Below are positions 11,029-22,846 of a stretch of DNA of 64,000 nucleotides, one piece after another (position 1 is the first letter of the stretch; each line of letters starts with the position of its first letter). Position numbers and translations under genes: made by a program. Below the pieces are notes generated by a model that searched no databases, was not told the origin of the DNA, and saw only the letters and a list, made by a program, of their open reading frames with translations. This DNA comes from Lama glama (taxonomy: Eukaryota), in NCBI GenBank assembly GCA_028534125.1, contig CM052832.1, positions 8,682,001 through 8,746,000 of the forward strand. The letters run 5' to 3'.

Positions 11029-14000
11029 AAATATAAGAAGAAGCATTTCTGCCTCTATGAAGGTGCACATTGTATTAATTGGGACTCTCTTGGTTGTAAC
11101 AGAAACTAAACTCAAACAAACTTATGGGAAAAAATGGATAGGTAGTAATTTGTGGCTTGGTAACTGGTAGACCAAGTCAGAATTAGATCCAGGAGGTCAG
11201 ATATGTCATCAGGACTCTCTCTTCCCCATTCCCTCAGTTCTGCTTGACCTCATTTTATTTCCACTCAAGGGCAAATTAGCCCCTGCAGTCTCAAGCTGCT
11301 ATGGTTTTTAAAGGCTTCTACCTAGAAAATGAAAATGTATCTTTCCTTATAGCACCAAAAAAACCTTAGGGAGGATGTTGATTAGTGTGATTTGGGCCAC
11401 ATTTCTATCCGTGAACAATTACTACGACTGGGTGGGTAAAGCACTCAGTTCAGGCCCTGGTCGTAAGCTCACCCTGGGAAGACAGGGTCTATCCTACTGA
11501 AGAATCCAGACTAAGTTGAATTAATGTGGAATCAGGGAGATAAGTTCCTCCAAAAGATACTTCTAAGTAGAAAATAAAATGTCCCCTATAGAGCTGCAAA
11601 CAGTGCCTTGTTTGTAGCCTTCCTCTTTGTGGCTTTTTATCAGAAGATGGGCACTCAAGTTAGGCTTACCCCCACTAAGGTACTGGTAATTCCTACCCTT
11701 TTCTTGGTAATGGGGATGTGGGTAGTAAGAGATTAGAAATAAAGATCTTATAGCTTTGCCTGTTACAAAAGCTCAGGAGAAGAAGAGGAAAAGCCTAATC
11801 ATTTTGGAGTTGGGAAGAGGCTGGAACTTGAATCCTGATTCTGTGACCTTGAGCTTCATAGAGGAACTGAAAGATTCCTCTATAAAAAGGTAAGCATTTG
11901 CATTTGTCAAATTCACAAGATTAAGCTGTTTTAGTCACATTAACATACTCTCATGACTTGTAAGGACTATTCCTGTGTATTGGGGAAAACAAATTACCCC
12001 CCAGACCTTAGTAAGAAGATGAGGAAGTTGCTGGTAGCTTACACCAAGAAGAACTGTCATCATCTATCAGATTTATAAGTAAGCGGACCACCAAGTTTCA
12101 CTCCTCTCTTCCCAGTTTCTGGCATATGGATACATTTCTCATGTTTCAGATTATGTGTAGATCATTATTCTTATATACTTTCAGATGAAATACACATTTC
12201 CAAGTGATACTTGAGAAGCCAAATCTATCTTTTCATGGAAAACCATCATTTAGAGCTGTTGTTGACTTCATGAGCATAGGTTGAAGGCAGCCATGGTGAA
12301 GGGTCAAAAGGTCCTTTCAGGCAGTCTTGATTCTGAATTAGGCCAGCTGATGCCACTGAATCACAGAATGTGGCCCAGTCAATGCTCTAAGCAGCTAACC
12401 ACAAGTGGCTAACACAGAGTGCTCTCAGCAGGTTCATGTGTTGGCAAGTTGCTGCTGGGAAACAAGGGAAAAATCAGACTCTTGCTAGGGACATAAATAA
12501 TGTGTTATTATACAGCAGCAATTCTCTACAGGTGAGAGTATTAATGTGTTTTAAGAAAGCGTTTCATTCAGTTTTTGTTTTCTGTGTATATTTTTATTTT
12601 GTTTTTTTAAGTAATATAAACTACAGAAAGTAAAGCTTTCTAGTTAGAATGGACATTCAGAACATGGAGTGAGAAAACACAAGGGTTATGGGTAATAGAT
12701 GTTAAGAAACACAACAATAAAGAGACAAGACTGGTTTTTCATTAACATACCAGAATTGAGTGAAAACTTTTAAAGGAGTCATCTAGGAACAGAGTTTTGA
12801 TAATGCCTGAAAAGTCACAAACATATGGCCATGTACTTGAACAAGTCTACAAAAAATAAAAAATTTATAGTTGTAATGAAGACTCACTACAGTGCTAACC
12901 TGACACACAACAGCAGCCATGTTTGTAAGGTGCTTTACAGTTTACATGACACTTCCCCACATTCTCTCTTTTGCCATATATTTAACCGTATATTTAATGA
13001 TAGACATAATGGTGCTACATGTTGATTAAGTTTAATTAGTGGCTTTTGTGAATGAGTGTAATTAGTGGGACTGGCTTGCTGCCAAAGCAAGTTTTCAGTT
13101 CTCTTTTTACTTTATCAGTTTACTTTATCAGTTACCTAGTATTTATAATTAGGATCAGCTAAAATCATATTCCATTATGCATCATATATGCTGATCCACG
13201 TGTGTGTTGAGGAATAAACTCCTGAGTTCTTATGCCTAGACAGCTGAGCTTCTCTTGCTCAACCTCTATAAAAAAAATTCTCAACCACTACCAGTCCATT
13301 CCTAATCACACATCTCTCCCACTGGCCCTCATCTACTCACAGTTGAGGGAAACTTGTGTACAACATTTAACATTCATTCATCAACAAATATTTATTGAGC
13401 AGTATGTGCCAGAGATTGAGCCATGCACTGGAAGCATACACAGTGGTTGGCAAAGCTGTCCTGGTCCCTACCCTCATGGAGGTCACAGACTAATGGGGTA
13501 GATAAAGCCTAGATTGTGGTGGGGCTGGTGGGCGGGAAGTTGGCAGACCTGTTTTACTCTCCCACTAAGCTACAAACTTGGACTTACCATGGAATCTCCA
13601 TTGCTTTATTTTCCTCATTTGATTCAGTACTCAGGCAGGGAAAACACAGCTGTCATAGACTGTACCCCCTCTACCCTCAAGCCCAGGATGCTATAGGAGG
13701 TAGTGCCTGGGCCAGTAGCCTGGTATTGAATAAGTGAAGGGGACCTGAGGTTAGGCAGGAATTCGTGAGGTGAAGATATTGGAGAAGCAAGTTCCCAGAA
13801 AAGAGATAGCATTTGCAAAGGCCCTGAGGCAGGCAGGTTTAAGAACCTCTTTTAGTGTAATTAGAGGGGTTGATGCAACAGGTGAAATGGCTCAGAGGAC
13901 TGGAAAGGCGAAGGGTCCTAGAGCCAAGTTAAAAACTATCTCGAGGGCACTGAGAAGCCATGGAAACTTTTTAATGACATTTCCCTGCATCTTTTTTCTC

Positions 14001-14172
14001 AATCCATTACTTACCTGGATAGATCCTCTTATCTATAGGTACAGAGATGCTGTGCAGATAAGTGTAGTATTCTTTCAGACTGAAATACGTGGGTAGCTTG
14101 GAAACCATGCATGGGAGCATCAGGTAGAAAAAGTATGAGCCTGAGAGTCAGATTGCTATCTGTATGATGTCA

Positions 14173-14778
14173 AACACATTCTTTTTTTTTTAATTGAAGT
14201 ACAGTCAATTATAATGTGTCGATATCTGCTGTACAGCACAATGTCCCAGTCATGCATATACATACATAGATTCGCTTTCATATTTCTTTCATTAAGGTTA
14301 TTATAGCATATTGAACATAATTCCCTGTGCTATACAGAAGAAACCTTTTTTAAAATCTATTTTTATATATAGTGGCTAGCATTTGTAACTCTCAGATTCC
14401 CAAATTTATCCCTTCCCACCCCCTTCCCCTGGTAACCATAAAATTGTTTACTATGTCTGTGAATCTGTTTCTGTTTTGTAGATGAGTTCATAGTGTCCTT
14501 TTTTTAAATTTAGATTCCACATATGAATGAAATCATATGATATTTTTCTTTCTCTTTCTGGCTTACTTCACTTATAATGATGATCTCTAGGTCCATCCAT
14601 GTTGCTGCAAATGGCATTATTTTATTCTTTTATTGCTGAGTAGTATTCCATTGTAGAAATATACCACAACTTCTTTATCCGGTCATCTGTTGATGGACAT
14701 TTAAGTTGCTTCCATGTCTTGGCTATTGTATACAGTGCTGCTATGAACATTAAGGTGCATGTATTTGAACACATTCTT
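14173..14778 (-). mobile_element. 5'-truncated L1 (~590 bp) with 11-bp TSD, inserted into a MIR
   Basis: AACACATTCTT at 14173-14183 and 14768-14778. T-tail at left, L1 3'UTR motifs (tccatccatgttgctgcaaatggc). The joined flanks read as a MIR. Confidence 0.8.
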
Positions 14779-17034
14779 AACCTCTCCAAGCCACTTTCTT
14801 TTTCTGTGTGGTTGGTAATGTAACATTTAAATCCCTCATCAGGTTGTTGTAGGATCAGAAATAATAAGTACAGTGCCTATACCTGGCATTCCACAGATGG
14901 TATATGTCACCATTTTAGCTATGTGCTTTCTTGCTAACACAATTTTCAAACTCTTCTTTGGGAAAGGAATCAGAAAATCATATATTGTCAAATTGTGAAG
15001 AAGCCTTAAAGAGCTGTCTGTATATGATGCTTGCATTCCTTCTGCAACACTGATGATCAATGTTGGTTTGTTGTCCAGCGTTACTTATAACATCCAGAGA
15101 CAGAAAGCTCACTACTGTTGAAGCAGTCACTCCATGTTTGGCTCTATTAGAAAGTTCTTTTCCTGGACTGAATTCAAATCTGTTTCCCTATGACCTCTAT
15201 CCAGAGGTCTCTGCAGTGCCCCTAATGCCTCTTCCATGTGACTGCCCTCCAGGTGTTTGAGGTCATTATCTCTACCACCATTCACTAGAGTTGAAAAACT
15301 TGTTTTCTTCAGCCTAACAACAACAATAAAAGGGTCAATGCATCAAGAGAACACAACAATTATAAAACACACACACACACACATATATATATACACACAC
15401 ATGCACACACACACACCCCCCTAACAATAGAGCTTAAAAACACGAAGCAGTTTTCATAGTAATAATATTAATAATAATAGTAGCTATCATTTACTGAGCA
15501 CCCACACTATACTTGGTGCTATAGATACACAGGTAAGTCTCAGTCAGTTCTGTCAATTGAAGAAAGTTAGAAAAGTAAATAAGTGTAACACAACATTATA
15601 GATACCATGACAGAGGTTTGTGCAGGAAAAGTTAGGGGGAAGTAGTGGGGGCACCAAGGGAACTATCATCTTTATGAAAGAGGGGCCTGCCTCTTATAAG
15701 AGATGATACAAACTATACCCTCAACTGGACTTACCCATTTGTGGTATTCATTAAAGTATCATTTTAGAGATTTTAGTCACACAATATTCAAAACAGTCAC
15801 TTTTCAGTAACTGCAAATGCATTTCTGCAAGAAATGTTAATTTCCCCTGTGAACGTTCTTTACAAAGACTCTTTTAGAGTCAGAATAATGGAAGCCAGGC
15901 AAGAAAGAAGAGTGGAATGCTGTGATTTGCTGTACCTGCAAGTGGATGGCAAATATTTGGAAAGGAGGAGCCTTAAATAGTCTTTCCTAAGCACTGAAAT
16001 AGAAGAGATGAGGCATACTGTGTTTGCTGGGGCCATATGATATAGGCAGGTTGCAGAAGATGGGGAACAGTAAGGCATTTACCCCACTGACTCACTGCAA
16101 GTTGAATGAAAGCAGCATGGTAGTCACACTCCAATGCTTGTTTCTTTGTGTGGGACCCTGTACTGGATGCCAGGGTAAAGATGACCCATCTAAGGAGGCT
16201 GAAGCATGGGTACAAGGCCAGAAATTGCTGGGAGACCTTAGAAAAGGATTTTTTATGTGCCCTTTATAGATCCTTGGATAGATGAAGTTAGCCTTCCTAA
16301 AGGAGGCAGCATGTCCAAGAAAAAATACAACAGTGAAGACCTCCCAACCTCTAACATGGGAATTTCTTTCAAGAGCCATAGAGAGCAAAAGGCAGTGAAC
16401 CTTGAGCTGCCTTCTTAGAGAAGAAACACATGAGGAAGGCAGAAACATGAGCATAAAATACCAGTGAAGACTAAAACTGTAACATTTTTCAAGTTAGTTA
16501 AAGAAGCATCCCCTCCAAGAAACAGTTATGAAACCACGGATCTTGACACATTCCCCCAAACAAGAAACAAATAATGAGAAAGTGTAGAAAAGTTAGTTTC
16601 ATGATGTGCAAGCCTTCCACCTTTAAAAGTAATCAAGGAGAATTAACAAGTGTTGTTAGAAGCAAAAAGTACTCACTGAGACAAGTGAGGGAACAGGGGG
16701 GTTGAGTAGAAGTTCAGAGACACCAGTCCTATCTTCACTGCCCAGTTAAGGGGACTGGAGTCCAGAGAGGGTCTCTGACTCCTGAGATACGAACAGGACT
16801 CCTTTCTTTCAGCAGGGCACAGCACTGCAGCCCATGATGGGTTTAGCACACACCTCCTTCAGCTCTTTCTGAACTGACTTGACTGAACAAAGGAACTTAC
16901 TCCAGAAAACTCTTCATTTCACTGCAACAGTTCATTAAGCGACTGTCTCTGCTGGGGCACTGGCACAAAGTAATCTGGTCTCTTCCTGCCCCTCATTTGC
17001 TGAGCTACCTTTTTTTTTGAAAAAGTAGTTTCTT

Positions 17035-17108
17035 TTAGTTCTTCTCCTTCTTCTTCTCCTTCTCCTTCCTCCTCCTCCTCTACCTCTTCTTCCTCCTCCT
17101 CCTCCCCT
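17035..17108. repeat. (CTT/CCT)n low-complexity tract
   Basis: Direct reading. Confidence 0.85.
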
Positions 17109-17134
17109 CACATTATCTACATACCATAAAGTTC

Positions 17135-18425
17135 ATCCTTTTATTTTTTTAAATTGAAGTATAGTTGATTTACAGTGTTGTGTTTCTGGTGTACAGCATA
17201 GTGATTCAGTTATATATAAATATAGAATATATACTTTTTCATATTCATTTTGTTATAGGTTATTACAAGCTATTAAATATAGTTCCCTGTGCTATACGGT
17301 AGGACCTTGTTTATCTATTTTGTATATAGTAGTTTGTACCTGCTAATCCCCAAATCCCAATTTATCCCTCCCCTCTTTCCCACTTTGGTAACCATTATAC
17401 GTTTGTTTCCTTTTCTAAATTTTTAAAGTTTTAAATGTAGTTGACTTACAATGTTAGATTTGGGTGTACAGCAAAGTGATCCAGTTATACAAATACAAAT
17501 ATATATATTTTCTTTTCAGATTCTTTTCCATTGTATGTTATTACAAGAAATTGAATATAGTTCCCTTTGCTTTACAGTAGGTCCTTGTTTTTTTGTTTTG
17601 TACATAGTAATGTGTGGCTGTTAATCCCCAACCCCTAATTTACCCTCCCCGGTCATAAGTTTGTTTTCTATGTCTGAGAGTCTCTTTATGTTTTGTAAAT
17701 AAGTTCATTTATGTTATTTTTTCGATTCCATATATAAGTGATACCATATTTGTCTTTGTCTAACTTACTTCACTTAGTTTGATAATCTCTAGATCCATTC
17801 GTGTTGCTGCAAATGGTATTATTTCATTCTTTTTTATGGCTGAATAATATTCCATCACAGACAGACTATATTTTGTTTATCCATTCATCAGTTGATGGAC
17901 TTTGGGTTGTTTCTACCTTTTGCCTATTGTGAATACCAGTACTGTGAACATTCATGTACAAGTTTTTATGTGGACCATATGCTTTGTGTGTGTGCACCTA
18001 GGAGTGTACCTGCTGGGTCATATGGTAACCTTTTGAGGAATTGCCAGACTATTTTTCAAAGGGCTACACTGTTTTACCTTCCTATCAACATTGTATGAGG
18101 GATCCAATTTTGCCATATCTACACTGATACACATCTTTTTTATTATAGCCATTCTAGTAGTGTAAAATAATACCTTATTGTGGGACTGATTTTCATTTCC
18201 CTAATGACAAATGATGTTGAGTATCTTTTCTTGTGTTTGTTGACCTTTGTATATCTTCTTTAGAAAAATGTCTATTCAAATTCTTTTCCCATTTTTTAAT
18301 TGGGTTGTCTTTTTATTGTTGAGTTATGTCTTTTATATATTCTGAGTACTAGATCCTTAACAGATATATATTTGCAAATACTCTCTCTCATTCTGTGGGT
18401 TTAAATTTTGTATCCTTTGAAACAG
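17135..18425 (-). mobile_element. Cluster of nested or adjacent L1 3'-end fragments
   Basis: Two tandem L1 3' ends (starting ~17140 and ~17420) with the same motifs, followed by older L1 sequence. Confidence 0.8.
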
Positions 18426-18559
18426 TGCTGAGCTACTTTAACAAATATTAAAACATCTTAAACTAAATTAGGAATATGTAACTGATGTCTGAATTATACT
18501 TTTACATTTAATAAGCATTATAATTTTGTGGGCAAACAACAGTATGCAGACAATGTTTT

Positions 18560-18850
18560 GGAGCTTCCAAACCAAGAGTCTCGGGTTCATTATGGGATCC
18601 ATCATGGCAGTTAACTGCTTTTACAGTGTTTAGGTGCCAGGCGCTGTTTGGACACTTTACACATACTAACTTATCTAATTCTCTCCACAGTCCTATGAGG
18701 TAGAGACTTCTTATCATACTCGTTGAACAGATAAGAAAACTGGCAGAAGGAGGTTAAGTAATTTGCCTGAAGCCAAAGAGTGAGTAAGTAACAGAGATGG
18801 ATTCCAGATTCAGTTGCTCTTAACCACCTGCAACTGCCAAGATGGAATAA
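18560..18850. mobile_element. MIR SINE remnant
   Basis: MIR core-like acagataagaaaactggcag...ggttaagtaatttgcc. Confidence 0.6.
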
Positions 18851-19234
18851 AACCATTTCAAAGAATGCGTAACCCCTTGCTTTTGGGAAATAATAGTGTT
18901 TTCACAGCGTCTATACTCTGAACAGTTTTCTTCTCTGTAAACTAGTGCCACCCTTCCAGGCATCCTCATTACTCCCTCCCCTCCCCGTCTGGCTTCAGAA
19001 CCCTTTCTCCTCTCCACTGGTCCAAAGCCTCAGTGTTTCGAAATAACAGCAAAGTCACCTGCAACCCTCAGGTGGAGTGGTTCTAAATTTCTGGTGGCCA
19101 GAGGGCACTTAGGAGCAGGGGATTCAGCCCAATAAGGCTCAAAGCAGAGCTGTGGGTGGGGCCAACGGAGGGGGTGGGAACTGAGCCCAGGCTGACTTGC
19201 CTACATTGTGAAGCCGGCTGCTCAGAGCGGAGCC

Positions 19235-19277
19235 ATGAGCTGGACCTGCCCGCGTTGCCAGCAACCTGTTTTCTTCG
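19235..19277 (+). CDS. CRIP3: CRIP3 coding exon 1 ([14 protein letters not shown])
   Basis: ATG at 19235, donor GTGAGG at 19278. Confidence 0.93.
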
Positions 19278-21721
19278 GTGAGGCCTAGGCTGAGGAAGGG
19301 GAGAAGATGGGGCGAGAGAGAGCTGTTGGGTTCCTTGAGAATGCAAGGAGTTGGTGACAGTGTGCTCCCAGACCCCCTTTCTACCTGTGGGGCGCAGGGC
19401 ACTTGGGCAGGGGATGGAGCTGGCCTCCGGGAGACACTCCCCACTGTCTCTAGGAATCAGGGCGGGCAGGACCGAGAGGGGAAAGGAGGGCACCTGTTGG
19501 ACTGGGCCCCCACTACCCAGTTCCACCTTGTCCCCGACAGCAGAGAAGGTGAGCTCCCTGGGCAAGAACTGGCACCGCTTCTGCCTGAAATGTGAGCGCT
19601 GCCACAGCGTCCTGTCCCCAGGAGGGCATGCAGAGGTGAGGCCTGGCTAGGGTACACAGCCCTGTGTCTGTCACTGGCCCCCAGATTCCAGCCCCTCTTT
19701 TTGGCCCTGTTGGCCCACTAAAAGGAACCTCAGCAGCCAACTCCCAAGACCGCCTACCTATTGGGAGCCTGAGTTGCGCCAGTGGATCCCATGCCTTTTG
19801 GGGGTGGGAGGGAAGCAGCACTGCTTCCTGACCTGCTCTTTCCCTTTCCCCCTGACCACAGTGGCAACTCCAGCATGCCAGCCCACCCATCAGTCCTCTC
19901 ACCCCCAGGCCAGTAGACAGACACACCTGATAGCCTGTCTTGGGGAAAAGCCTGTGGGGCACAAGTGAGGCCCCCTTGGGGCCTTCCCCAGTACTCTTCC
20001 CTCTGCTTGTGCCTAGCACAACGGGAGACCATATTGCCACAAGCCATGCTATGGGGCTCTCTTTGGACCCAGGGGTAAGTACCAGCCTGGAAGGGGCTGG
20101 GGACAGCAGAACCCTCCATGTGGCTGGGAGCTGGAGGTTCAAGCCTAACCTTCCCTATTCTCTCTGCAGGGGTGAACATTGGTGGTGTGGGCTCCTACCT
20201 CTACAAATCCCCAACTCCCAGCCCTGCCAACAACACCCCCCTCAGCCTCAGCAGCTTCAGCCCCCCCAGACCCAGGACTGGCCTCCCCCAGGGCAAGAAA
20301 AGTAAGTGAGATTGGATCCCAGCTACTCCTCCTCCCAGCCCTTCCCCAGGATAGAACAGGGGGTGGGACCACGTGGCAGTATCCCACCCAGTTCTCTGCT
20401 TCACATTCCTACAACTTTGTTCGTAGTAAAGTCTGGTCTTCTCTGTGGCCCCTTTTTTGATATTCCCTTATGTCAGCTGCTGAGTTAAGAGGTAAATTGG
20501 GCAAATGATATCGCCCACATTTTCAGGTGAGGAAACTGAGGTCTGGAGAGGGCAAGAGACCTTGTGCAGTCACACAGCTGGTCAGAGGCAAACCTGGCCT
20601 GGAACTAAGGCCCTTCCCAGGCTAAGGCCATGGAAGGAGTGACCTGGAGTGAGGGGTCATTGAGATGGGCCAGCCCCTCACATTCTTCTACTTCTCCCCT
20701 CTTCCATTCCTTCCTCCATCCCCTGGAGTAGGCAGTGACGCTGCTCTTTAACACCTGACACCCCTGCCCTGGCCAGCTCCTGTATCAGCTCAGGTTTCCT
20801 GAGGATTGAGTTGCTGTCAGGGTTGGGCTGGTGGGCACCTGAGCTCTTGGGAGAATGAGAAGGAAGCAGGTGGTCCTTCCTGCAGATAGGGTGGGGCAGG
20901 AGGTGGAATCAGGGGACTCAGCTCTGCCTGAGGAAGGCAGACTCATGTCCACATGGGTGGGAGGCTCAGGGATGAGTATGGCTTTTAAAAGAGGACAGTG
21001 TCATATATAGGCCAGTGCTGGTGGGCCCTGTTTAGGCCTGGCCCCCACCTCAGCCCTAGCCAGGGCCTCTTCCCCTTAAAGGCCCTCCCCACATGAAGAC
21101 ATTCACTGGGGAGACGTCACTGTGCCCCAGCTGTGAGGAACCCGTCTATTTTGGTAAGTGACAATGGAAAGCTAGGGGAGGGGGGTGTGCAAGGTGGGTG
21201 CGTCTCCCTGCCCTGCCCCTTGAAGTACCACCTCTCCCCTACCAGCTGAGAAGGTGATGTCTTTGGGCAGAAATTGGCACCGACCCTGTCTGAGGTGCCA
21301 GAGGTGCCGGAAGACCCTGACTGCTGGGAGTCACGCTGAGGTGAGCAGGGTGGGGGTGAGTGATCATGTTGGGGGAAGGGAAGCTGGAGATGGGAAAAGA
21401 GCCAAGCTGAGATATCTCTCTTTCTCTCTGTGTCCCAGCATGACGGCGTCCCCTACTGCCACATTCCCTGCTATGGCTACCTGTTTGGCCCCAAAGGTGG
21501 GCAGCCCCACCCCAGACACTGGGCCTAAAGTATGGCATATGGGTCTATGAGTTTGTGTGGACAACTTCCCCTGTGGTCAGACCCCTCCCAACTCCTTTCA
21601 GCCCTCAACCCAGCACCCCCAAGTCCCAGGGCCCTTGGTGATGGGGCTCTCTCCTTCAGGTGTGAACATTGGTGATGTGGGCTGCTACATCTATGACCCC
21701 GTGGAGATAAAATCCAAATGA
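19235..21721 (+). CDS. CRIP3: Cysteine-rich protein 3 (thymus LIM protein), two LIM domains, 204 aa; join(19235..19277,19541..19635,20017..20074,20170..20301,21082..21153,21246..21340,21439..21496,21660..21721)
   Basis: Kozak GCCATG. The spliced 615-nt ORF reads [35 protein letters not shown]...DPVEIKSK*. All introns GT-AG. Confidence 0.96.
19541..19635 (+). CDS. CRIP3: CRIP3 coding exon 2
   Basis: [36 protein letters not shown] flanks. Confidence 0.95.
20017..20074 (+). CDS. CRIP3: CRIP3 coding exon 3
   Basis: [19 protein letters not shown], donor GTAAGT. Confidence 0.95.
20170..20301 (+). CDS. CRIP3: CRIP3 coding exon 4
   Basis: [12 protein letters not shown]...LPQGKK, donor GTAAGT. Confidence 0.93.
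21082..21153 (+). CDS. CRIP3: CRIP3 coding exon 5
   Basis: [24 protein letters not shown], donor GTAAGT. Confidence 0.92.
21246..21340 (+). CDS. CRIP3: CRIP3 coding exon 6
   Basis: [32 protein letters not shown]. Confidence 0.95.
21439..21496 (+). CDS. CRIP3: CRIP3 coding exon 7
   Basis: [19 protein letters not shown]. Confidence 0.95.
21660..21721 (+). CDS. CRIP3: CRIP3 last coding exon
   Basis: [23 protein letters not shown] at 21719-21721. Confidence 0.92.
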
Positions 21722-22001
21722 GATGCTCACAGGAGAGGTCACCCTAATTCAGGCCTCCCATCATCCCCTCCATGGTCCAGTGGGAGCTACAGAATTCTCC
21801 AGTCCTAGGGGGTGGGGAAAAGTGGGATTCTGGCAGCCTGGGCCTAGGCTCCGTGGTAGACCAGAGAATAGACTTTCTCTGCCAAATCCTCTTTCCCCTT
21901 CCTATCTGGTCAGGTCAACCCCATTTGAAGGTTGCCTCTTGGTCTTCCTGATCCTTTGACCCAGCAAATTCTGTAACTGCAAGGTACTCATAAAACTTGT
22001 G

Positions 22002-22007
22002 TTTATT
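22002..22007 (-). terminator. SLC22A7: SLC22A7 distal poly(A) signal AATAAA
   Basis: TTTATT on +. A more proximal one lies at 22550-22555. Confidence 0.55.
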
Positions 22008-22018
22008 TTGGCTTCTCC

Positions 22019-22024
22019 AATAAA
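22019..22024 (+). terminator. CRIP3: CRIP3 poly(A) signal AATAAA
   Basis: First AATAAA after the stop, ~300 nt downstream. Confidence 0.7.
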
Positions 22025-22791
22025 ATGTTGGCTCCCATGCCTTCAACTCTTCTTTGGACATGAGGCCTAGACAGCGGGTTGGAGGGTGGGGAGTGTAGGG
22101 GCTGGGGGATGCATTACCCTGCAAAGTGCCTGGGAGGTAGCAGAGGCAGCCATGGGAACAAAGAGCTCTTGTTCTTCTGGTCCCCTGGCTCTGGCGTTGG
22201 GCAGCCCCCAGCACCACCCCGTGGACAGCATGCCCACCAACCCTGTTGGTACCAGAAGTCATCACAGGATAGTCCTTTAGCACCACCTCTAAAAGAAGCA
22301 CCTTATACAGCATTCTCATTTGAGCATGACAGCAGATAGATCCTGTGGCGAGATCTGCTAAGAGGCTTCATTAGCTGTTTGAGAGATGACCAGACAGACC
22401 CAGAGAGGGAAAGCCACATGCCCAAGGTCGCCCAAGGTCACCCAGAAATCAGTGGCAAAGCTGGATCAGAACCCAGGGCCAGATTCAGTGGCTTCCCATC
22501 CGGGGCTCATCCCACAGGTCCTCACCGTTGCCTCAACCCCTGGGGCACCTTTATTTATGGAATGCCCCCAGCCATGAGAGGGAAGCCAGAATTTTCCAGC
22601 AGCCTGCTGCATTCTGGGAAGTTGCCTTGTTGCTGGAGGCCAAATAGTTAAGGCTGGAAGAGCACAGAGAGGGGGCAGTTCTAGCCATGGGCAGGGGGCT
22701 CGATGCCCCCAACCCTGGCCACAGGGCCTACCCTTCTCTTCTCCCAGGCCCTGCTGCAGAACTTCTGTGGAGGGCTTGCCCCTGATACCAC

Positions 22792-22846
22792 TCAATCCTG
22801 GACCTGCTTCATGGGCATCTCTTCCTCCTGAAGGCTGGACGGGGCA
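22792..22846 (-). CDS. SLC22A7: SLC22A7 last coding exon
   Basis: [21 protein letters not shown]. Confidence 0.9.

Noticed and set aside
11770..12540. Isolated splice-like signals (AG/GTAAGC near 11889, ctttcAG near 12184, AG/GTGAGA near 12531)
   Set aside because: Could be non-coding ZNF318 downstream exons, but I could not pair them into a supported exon.
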